Positions 39,273-46,017 of a stretch of DNA of 64,000 bases are shown here, one piece after another. The notes under the pieces are model-generated. The model did no database searches and was not told the origin of the DNA. It saw only the letters and a program-made list of their open reading frames with translations. Origin of the DNA: Nitrosopumilus sp. Its GTDB lineage: Archaea; Thermoproteota; Nitrososphaeria; Nitrososphaerales; Nitrosopumilaceae. The stretch lies in NCBI GenBank assembly GCA_965205215.1, contig OZ242041.1, positions 192,001 through 256,000 of the forward strand, read 5' to 3'. The translations under genes were made by a program, and so were the position numbers. Position 1 is the first letter of the stretch. The number at the start of each line of letters is the position of its first letter.

Positions 39273-41402
39273 TCATACCGGGACGCGGCGCGGCGTCTGG
39301 CACTTGGGGCATTTTGAGTCAAACGGCCTGTCCTTGAAGCCGCACTCGGCGCACACGATAACCTCCTTTGAGGGGGAGAACGTCGGAACTAGGGCGGCCA
39401 TCTTCTCGATCGCCTTCCGTACCACGTCGGGATCCGTCTCCGTCTCCGGTATGCGCAGCACGACCTGGAGCCCCGCGTTGAGGGAGCGGCTCATCCTGTT
39501 GGACAGCGTAATGGGGGGGCTCTTGTTCGTGTACTTTTCAATGTCAGATACCTCAAACACCAGCCCTTGCGTGTAGGGTTTCGTCTGGCCCGGGCCCGTG
39601 ACATGCTTGCCGTACTTTTTGCCGTCGAGCCTGGCAAAGCGCTCGCCGGCCTCCGGCGCGTCCGCGATGCATATGGTCACCCGCTCGCCGGCCTCCCTTG
39701 CCCCGTTTGTCCCGGCATCCACCGCATGCGTGATTATCTTCTGGACTGTCTCCCTGCCCTTGCGGTTGTACTCGAACCCCAGGCCCTCAAAGACCGCCTC
39801 GCGGAGGCCCACCAGGTTTATGGTAAGCGACGCATAGCCGTACTGCATGTACTGCGTGTTTCTTGCAATGAGCGGGTTGAGGCCGCGGCGCGTGTTCTCA
39901 AACAGCTCCTTTTTGCGCGTTATTATGGCGTCCACCACGGGCTTTAGCAGTAGCACCAGCCTGGCCATAAAGTACTCGGCGTCGCCCCTGCCCACCTCGT
40001 ATGCCAGTCCCGCCAGATTGACGGACACCGACTGGAGCGCCATCGACATCTTGGAGTCGGTCTTGTTGAGGCTGCCGCCTGAGACGCCCCTGCTTGAGAC
40101 CTGCTGCGACTTTGTGAGCAGTACGCGTCCTCCGGCGATTACGATGTCGGCCAGGCGGCCGGAGACGGACTCTATACTGCCCTTGTCATAGCCTATGACG
40201 AGTCCTATGCGGGGCCTGGGAGTCAGCCTCACGTATCTAGAATAGGCGTTTATGATGCAGTCTACCAGCCGGGCATCGTCGTGCCCCATGTTGAGCCGTA
40301 TGGACGTTATGTTGCCGCCCTCCTTGGTGTGGGCGGGCACGACGGAGGAGGCGGCAAGCATCCACAGCAGTCCCGCCTCCATCTCGGCATCGCCTGCATC
40401 GGGGCACCTCTTTGCAAGCAGCCGGGGCAGGCCCGACACGACGACCTCCTCGGATGCCTCCCGTGATAGCAGGTGCAGCATGATGCATACAGAGGCCATT
40501 GCATCTGACGGCCCGCCAGACCTCGGAATGCGGGATGCCGACGCGTGCTTGCCGCCGATGTTCATGCCGCCGTCAAGAAGATCCTTTATGTTGACAAATA
40601 TCACGTCGGGCAGGGCAAACCACGTGCCGACATTTGATATGTGGATGGTGCCTGCCATGTGCCTGTCGGCGACGTCCTTCTGCAGCGAGCCGAACATGGT
40701 ATTCTCAACGAAGACGTTGCGGCCGGCCCTGCTGATCAGGCTCTCCATGCCGCCGTCCACCTCGTCCAGATTGTATAGCATCTGCTGCACGTCGTGCAGC
40801 GGCATGCCGAGGCGGACCAGCTTGTTACGGTACTCTTCGTTGTTTGTCTCCAACAAGACGGAGTTCACCATGTCCCTGATCAGAGAGCCCGTGATGTACG
40901 ATATCTCGTACTTGTGGATCTTGTTCTCCACCTCTTTTGTTATCTTTTCCGCCAGCTCATGGGGCATGTTTCCCTCCTTGACCAGCGACTGGACAATGCG
41001 GTGCTTTTTGAACTCGTCAATGGACGCAGACGACGAGCGCACCTGCAGTTTTCCGCTCTCCATGAACGCATTCTCCTCTATCTTTCCGGCAAGCTCCAGT
41101 ACGAGCTTGCCCTGGTTTGTAATGTTGTAACGGCGCTCGGACTTGTTGCGCTCTACGAGTGCCAGGGCCGTCAAGTCGCGCAAATGGTATGCAAACTTGC
41201 CGCTCTCCTTTTTGGATCCAAACCCCGCGAGGGCCTTTAGGTCGGTGTACGAGGTAGAGCCCTTCGAGTACAGCACCTTTAGTATTTCGAGCCGGCTTAT
41301 GTTGGACATAGACCGGAATATCGAGCTCATGCGTTTTTCAGTGGCCTTGGTGTGGTTTTTTTTCACGGGCCGGGACGGCGTAACTGTTTTTTTTAACTCC
41401 AT
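39273..41402 (-). CDS. ArsR-like wHTH + ATP cone + degenerate class III RNR (NrdD-like) fusion protein
   Basis: N-terminal SRLEILK.L......Y.DLK...G.FAYHL..L (wHTH); FKKHRIVQSL.KE...A..I...VE (ATP cone); NrdD-like GTIHISN, SVSVNL..LAYE, NLVGL.EAV, RFARLD.KKYG, PYTQG, C..CG...CPKC; no C-terminal R..GY radical loop. Confidence 0.85.
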   Translation of the reverse strand: MELKKTVTPSRPVKKNHTKATEKRMSSIFRSMSNISRLEILKVLYSKGSTSYTDLKALAGFGSKKESGKFAYHLRDLTALALVERNKSERRYNITNQGKLVLELAGKIEENAFMESGKLQVRSSSASIDEFKKHRIVQSLVKEGNMPHELAEKITKEVENKIHKYEISYITGSLIRDMVNSVLLETNNEEYRNKLVRLGMPLHDVQQMLYNLDEVDGGMESLISRAGRNVFVENTMFGSLQKDVADRHMAGTIHISNVGTWFALPDVIFVNIKDLLDGGMNIGGKHASASRIPRSGGPSDAMASVCIMLHLLSREASEEVVVSGLPRLLAKRCPDAGDAEMEAGLLWMLAASSVVPAHTKEGGNITSIRLNMGHDDARLVDCIINAYSRYVRLTPRPRIGLVIGYDKGSIESVSGRLADIVIAGGRVLLTKSQQVSSRGVSGGSLNKTDSKMSMALQSVSVNLAGLAYEVGRGDAEYFMARLVLLLKPVVDAIITRKKELFENTRRGLNPLIARNTQYMQYGYASLTINLVGLREAVFEGLGFEYNRKGRETVQKIITHAVDAGTNGAREAGERVTICIADAPEAGERFARLDGKKYGKHVTGPGQTKPYTQGLVFEVSDIEKYTNKSPPITLSNRMSRSLNAGLQVVLRIPETETDPDVVRKAIEKMAALVPTFSPSKEVIVCAECGFKDRPFDSKCPKCQTPRRVPV

Positions 41403-41687
41403 CCAGAATATGCTCCAAACCGGAGTAAATAAGAATTATGACGTGCCGCATGCCAAACAGTGGATGATCACATGCCAGAGCTGCAGATCTTTTGCGCCGT
41501 TGTCGAAGAGCCCGCGGGCGGCAGGCCGGACTGACGGCCGTTTAAGAACTGACCGCTGCGGGCACGGATGGCAGGCTTCAGGCAGGAGTGCTGTTTTCCT
41601 CCAGACCGCACGTTGCGCCCAGGACAGTTCTTGCATGGGGCAGGCCGTCGTCCTGCATGTCGCGCCCGCCGCCGTTCCTGGCGCGTG

Positions 41688-41849
41688 TCACTTTTCCCTG
41701 GCGTCGAGCTCAAACTCGGAAGACGACAGCTTTTCGCCGCATGCGGGGCACTTGCCGTTGTTCGAGGCCATCGCGTCTTTGAGGGACTTTAGCATCTTCA
41801 TGTTTGTGATCTTTTCGCCGCACTTGCCGCATACCACATTCACAGACAT
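41688..41849 (-). CDS. 53-aa CxxC...CxxC zinc-ribbon protein
   Basis: Own translation MSVNVVCGKCGEKITNMKMLKSLKDAMASNNGKCPACGEKLSSSEFELDAREK; TTTTATTT box about 25 bp upstream; not in the ORF track. Confidence 0.8.
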   Translation of the reverse strand: MSVNVVCGKCGEKITNMKMLKSLKDAMASNNGKCPACGEKLSSSEFELDAREK

Positions 41850-41901
41850 GATACACCGGTCGGAGGGCGCAAAATAAAATTGTTGTCGCGCGGCGGGCCG
41901 T

Positions 41902-42279
41902 TCAGGAAGCGCCGTCGTCCTTTGAGATTACTATGCCGCGCTCATCAAAGCCGGTAATCTTGGCCCTGGTACCGACGGGCAGATCAGCCGGAGTCGCAAT
42001 GTCCGCCATGAACCCCGATATGCGGAGCTCGGAATCGTCGAGGCGCAGCACGACAAACGCGTACGGGGTATACCCTTCGAATCCCGCGGGGGGGACGGTA
42101 ATTATCGTGTACGTAGCAACGCTGCCGCGCCCTTCCAGCACGACGGGCTCAAAGCCCTTTGCCCCACAGCCCTGGCAAAAGTAGACCGTGCTCAGGTGCA
42201 GGCGCCCGCAAGCGGTGCACTTGTGCGTAAACACCTTGCCCTCTCTGGCGTAATTTATCATCTGTTCCTTTGCAGACAT
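41902..42279 (-). CDS. DUF35 Zn-ribbon/OB-fold thiolase partner
   Basis: CTACG...FCQGCG, G.V.TYT.I...P.GF...PY; directly downstream of the thiolase. Confidence 0.9.
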   Translation of the reverse strand: MSAKEQMINYAREGKVFTHKCTACGRLHLSTVYFCQGCGAKGFEPVVLEGRGSVATYTIITVPPAGFEGYTPYAFVVLRLDDSELRISGFMADIATPADLPVGTRAKITGFDERGIVISKDDGAS

Positions 42280-42285
42280 CTCTTC

Positions 42286-43443
42286 TTACACGCCTTGGAA
42301 TATGTGGACTGCGCAGCTGGCGCCCGTGGCGCCAAAGTTGTGCGTGAGTCCTATGTGGGCGTCCTTCACGGTACGCTCTCCTGCGCGCCCCGTCAGCTGG
42401 TCGTACACCTCGACCACCTGCCCGACGCCGGTGGCTCCAATCGGGTGGCCCTTGGACTTTAACCCCCCGGACGGGTTTATCGAAATTTCAGAGTTGAGGC
42501 TCGTCCTTCCCTCGCGCACCGCCTGTACGCCCTCCCCCTTTTTGAAGAATCCCAGATCTTCCGTGTCAACCACCTCCGCTATCGTAAAGCAGTCGTGCAC
42601 CTCGGCAAAGTCCACGTCCTTTGGGGTTATGCCGGCCATCTTGTATGCCGCGTCCGCGGCTATCCTGGTGCTGGGGATCGTGGTGAGGTGCTCCCGGCCC
42701 TGCAGCGCCGCGGGCGAGCCGCCCCGGCCCGAGCCTGAAACCTCTACATAATCGCCCCCGTGCTCCTTGGCAAACTTTTCAGAGCACAGGATTACAGAGC
42801 TGGCGCCGTCAGAGAACGGGCAGCAGTCAAACAGCTTTAGCGGGCTTGCGATCACGGGGGAACCCATCACGTCGTCGACCGTAATGCGCTTTTTGAGGTG
42901 CGCCTTTGGGTTCAGGAACCCGTTTTCGTGGTTCTTGACGGCGACCCTGGCAAAGTCCTCCTCGGTCGCGCCAAACTCGGTCAGGTATGCGCGCGCCATG
43001 GACGCAAACAGCCCCGGAAACGACGCGCCGGCCTGGCCCTCGTAGAAGAAGTCAGAACAGTACGCAAAGTAGGTCGTGGTCCACTCGGTGCCGGTATGCG
43101 TCACCTTTTCGACTCCCGTGACCACAAGGCAGTCGTAGAATCCGGCGGCCACGTTTGCATACGCCTCCCGGAACGAGACTGATCCGCTGCCGCACGCCGA
43201 CTCTATTGACAGGGACGGGCGGTCCGATATCCCCAGGTTGCTCATCAGGACGGGGCCTATGTGCACCTGCTTGTCCGCCACGCCGAACACGTTTGAGATG
43301 TAGGCGGCCTTTACCTCCTTGGGGTCTACGCCCGCATCCTCGATTGCCGCAACGGAGGCCTGTGTGGTAATGTCCACAATGCTGTCATTGGCCAGGTTTC
43401 CATACTTTGTGCTTCCCGCTCCAAGGACGCAGACCTTCTCCAT
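42286..43443 (-). CDS. Acetyl-CoA acetyltransferase (archaeal thiolase)
   Basis: ESACGSG, NPKAH, DCCPFSDGA, EVHDCFTIAE, NPSGGL.SKGHP.GATG. Confidence 0.94.
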   Translation of the reverse strand: MEKVCVLGAGSTKYGNLANDSIVDITTQASVAAIEDAGVDPKEVKAAYISNVFGVADKQVHIGPVLMSNLGISDRPSLSIESACGSGSVSFREAYANVAAGFYDCLVVTGVEKVTHTGTEWTTTYFAYCSDFFYEGQAGASFPGLFASMARAYLTEFGATEEDFARVAVKNHENGFLNPKAHLKKRITVDDVMGSPVIASPLKLFDCCPFSDGASSVILCSEKFAKEHGGDYVEVSGSGRGGSPAALQGREHLTTIPSTRIAADAAYKMAGITPKDVDFAEVHDCFTIAEVVDTEDLGFFKKGEGVQAVREGRTSLNSEISINPSGGLKSKGHPIGATGVGQVVEVYDQLTGRAGERTVKDAHIGLTHNFGATGASCAVHIFQGV

Positions 43444-43492
43444 GCGGCGCGTAATCAGAATCCCTATAAAAATCGTAATAGCAACATATCTC

Positions 43493-44095
43493 ATGAAAGA
43501 AGCCGCCAAGCGCCGCGCCGGGCCTGCAAGTGGCAAGAAGGGCGGCAGCACTGGTACCAAGATCACAAGAAAGGCGGCGGCGGCGGCAAAGAAGGGATCC
43601 GGGCAGGCAGGCAGAAAAAGGCGCGCCAAGGCCGGCGCCGGATCCGCGGCGGCAGGACGGGGGCGGCGTCACTCAGACAGGCACTCGGTTCACGCCACAA
43701 AGCCGGAGGCCGAGACGCTCAGAAGACAGCTCGTGCAGTATATGGACTCCGGCGGGTACGTCTCGTGGTCCGCAAAAAAGCGCCAATACATGATACTCGG
43801 GACGAGTTCCACGGCGGGCGGGCTGGTCCCGTGCCCCGACTGCGGCATAGGCCAGCTACTCGTAATAAAGTCGCCAAGGACCGGCAAGCGCTTTATGGGG
43901 TGCTCCAACTTTTACGGCGGGTGCGACGCCTCGTCGCCGCTCCTGCAGAGGGCGCGGCTGCGCGCCACGAAGAAGGCATGCGGAACGTGCGCGTGGCCCG
44001 AGGTGATATTCCGCTACTCCTCAAAGCAGAAATGGACGAGGCAGTGCTCCAACATCGCGTGCCCCACGAGGGGTCAGGCGCGCAAGGACGGATAG
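43493..44095 (+). CDS. Topoisomerase-type C4 zinc-finger protein with basic Lys/Ala/Gly N-tail
   Basis: CPDCG.G.L.VI.S..TGKRFMGCSNF...C and CGTC.....CSN..CP; no topoisomerase catalytic core. Confidence 0.82.
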   Translation: MKEAAKRRAGPASGKKGGSTGTKITRKAAAAAKKGSGQAGRKRRAKAGAGSAAAGRGRRHSDRHSVHATKPEAETLRRQLVQYMDSGGYVSWSAKKRQYMILGTSSTAGGLVPCPDCGIGQLLVIKSPRTGKRFMGCSNFYGGCDASSPLLQRARLRATKKACGTCAWPEVIFRYSSKQKWTRQCSNIACPTRGQARKDG

Positions 44096-44886
44096 ATGTC
44101 GGTCCTGCGGTTCTTCAAGAGCGGGAGGGCCTTGCGCGTCTCCCTTACCTTTGATATGTCAACGTCCACGTATCCTATCCCCTCCCTCTGCTTCATGTCA
44201 AGGAGCACCTTGCCGTACGGATCCACTGCCATGCTGTGCCCACAGTATACGTGGCCCACCTGGTCGGGCGCAATCACGTAGCATCCGTTCTCTATTGCGC
44301 GCGTGCGGTTCAGCGTGCGCCAGTGCTCCTTTTTCATGTACCCCCCGACCCACGCCGAGGGCGCGACCAGCACCTCGGATCCGGCCGCGGCAAGCGAGCG
44401 CGACATCTCCGGGAACCTCAGGTCGTAGCAGACCATCATGCCGATTCTTCCTATCGCGGTCCTGACCGGTTTTGCCATGCCAGAGCCGGGCGCCATCTTG
44501 TCGGACTCCTTGAACCCGAGCGCGTCGTACAGGTGGATCTTTCTGTACGTGGAGATTATCCTCCCCCTCTTGTCGGATACGAACAGCGTGTCATACACAC
44601 GGTCGGGCCGCGGACTCGTCTCGTATATGGAGCCGACGACCTGTATGCCGTTCTTCCGGGCCGCCTCCGCTATACAGGAGACAAACTCGCCCGTAACCGG
44701 CTCGGCTTCCGACGCAAGCTGCTCGGGGGTCTGCGATGAGCTCGTATACAGCATCATGAACTCTGGAAATGCGCACAGGGAGGCCCCCCGGCCTGCCGCC
44801 CTCTCGACGTACGAGAGTATGCGGCCTAGGTTCCTCTGCTTTGACGTGGATGCCTTGAACTGGACTATGGCAGCCTTCAACGCCAC
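44074..44886 (-). CDS. Carbon-nitrogen hydrolase (Nit1/Nit2-like)
   Basis: FPE, YRKIHLYD, VCYDLRFPE, RAIENG.Y, GHSM.VDP.G. Confidence 0.92.
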   Translation of the reverse strand: MALKAAIVQFKASTSKQRNLGRILSYVERAAGRGASLCAFPEFMMLYTSSSQTPEQLASEAEPVTGEFVSCIAEAARKNGIQVVGSIYETSPRPDRVYDTLFVSDKRGRIISTYRKIHLYDALGFKESDKMAPGSGMAKPVRTAIGRIGMMVCYDLRFPEMSRSLAAAGSEVLVAPSAWVGGYMKKEHWRTLNRTRAIENGCYVIAPDQVGHVYCGHSMAVDPYGKVLLDMKQREGIGYVDVDISKVRETRKALPLLKNRRTDIYPSLRA

Positions 44887-44941
44887 GGGGCGCGCGCCGC
44901 GCAATAAAGGTTTAATCAAAAAAACGGTTACGGGGTTTCAC

Positions 44942-45118
44942 TCAGAGCTGCTTTCCGGCAAGGAACCAGTTCTCCTGTGGATTCTCGTCAAACACCACGA
45001 TGACGTGCTCTTTCTTCGTGCCCAGTATCTCCACGGCGGATTCGGTCAGGGCCCTTGCAAACTCGTCCTTCTGCTCCTGCGTCCTGCCGGGATACATCGA
45101 GACTGTAACCAGTGGCAT
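44942..45118 (-). CDS. 4-oxalocrotonate tautomerase family protein
   Basis: Pro1 (MPLVTV), GRTQEQK, V.V.F.E...NW..AG. Confidence 0.9.
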   Translation of the reverse strand: MPLVTVSMYPGRTQEQKDEFARALTESAVEILGTKKEHVIVVFDENPQENWFLAGKQL

Positions 45119-45143
45119 GGCCGCGATTCTGCGCACGCGGGAT

Positions 45144-45914
45144 TTATTCGTAATAGTCCGGCCTGTACCCGTACCTGGTCCCGTACAGCGGGGGCGGATC
45201 GAACGCCCTCCTGTACGCGTACGCCGTGATCAGCCCGATCGCAAACCCCCCGATGTGCGCAAGGTACGCGACGCCGCCGCCTGCCACGCCGAACCCCCCC
45301 ACCAAGTACGGGAGCAGGTTCTGCATGATGAGCCAGAACGGCATGAACCACTTTGCCTGTATGTGCAACATGAAATAGCCCACAAACGTGAGGATGCGGA
45401 CCCTCGGGAACAGCACCAAGTACGCCCCCATTATGCCCGATATGGCGCCCGACGCGCCGACTGCCGGAATCGGGCTTGTGGCGTCGCCGTATATGTGGAC
45501 CAGGCCCGCCACGACCCCCCACATCAGGTATATTCCCAGAAACTTGAACTTGCCGAACTTTTGCTCTATGTTGTCCCCAAAGACCCACAGAAACAGCATG
45601 TTGCCGCCAAAGTGCAAGAGTCCGCCGTGCATGAATATAGAGCTGAGCAGCGACGTATACTGCATGTCGGGACACGGTATCGACACGGCGCCCGCCCCGA
45701 AGTTTATCAGCGACTCGCTGGCGCCCGTGACGCAGTTGGGCACGGCCCCCCAGCTGTAGAACATCGCAAACGCGTTGCGGTTTGTAAAGTCAAAGAACTG
45801 GCCCGTATACAGCACCTCAAATACGAAGACGATGGAGTTTGCAATTATCAGTATGATCGTCATGACGGGACGGAATCCCGGTGGGTGCGGGTTCTCGTCC
45901 TTTAGTGGGATCAT
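45144..45914 (-). CDS. Rhomboid intramembrane serine protease
   Basis: MIPL.D.NP, FMHGG..H..GNMLFLWVFGDNIE, VGASGAISG, VAYLAHIGGF. Confidence 0.95.
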   Translation of the reverse strand: MIPLKDENPHPPGFRPVMTIILIIANSIVFVFEVLYTGQFFDFTNRNAFAMFYSWGAVPNCVTGASESLINFGAGAVSIPCPDMQYTSLLSSIFMHGGLLHFGGNMLFLWVFGDNIEQKFGKFKFLGIYLMWGVVAGLVHIYGDATSPIPAVGASGAISGIMGAYLVLFPRVRILTFVGYFMLHIQAKWFMPFWLIMQNLLPYLVGGFGVAGGGVAYLAHIGGFAIGLITAYAYRRAFDPPPLYGTRYGYRPDYYE

Positions 45915-46017
45915 ATCAAAGCTGTTGGAGGAAAATTGACTAAATAAGATTTGTCAAGCCAGAGCGGGCAGGGCCGCTCCGTGTCTGTAATTTGAGAAAC
46001 TGTCGCGCGGCCTACCG

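Noticed and set aside
39273-41402. Functional anaerobic ribonucleotide reductase
   Set aside because: No glycyl-radical loop, no visible finger-loop Cys and no adjacent activase.
45936-45957. TTGAC-N12-GTCAA inverted repeat at the rhomboid promoter
   Set aside because: Only 5-bp arms and no second copy found in the island's other promoters.
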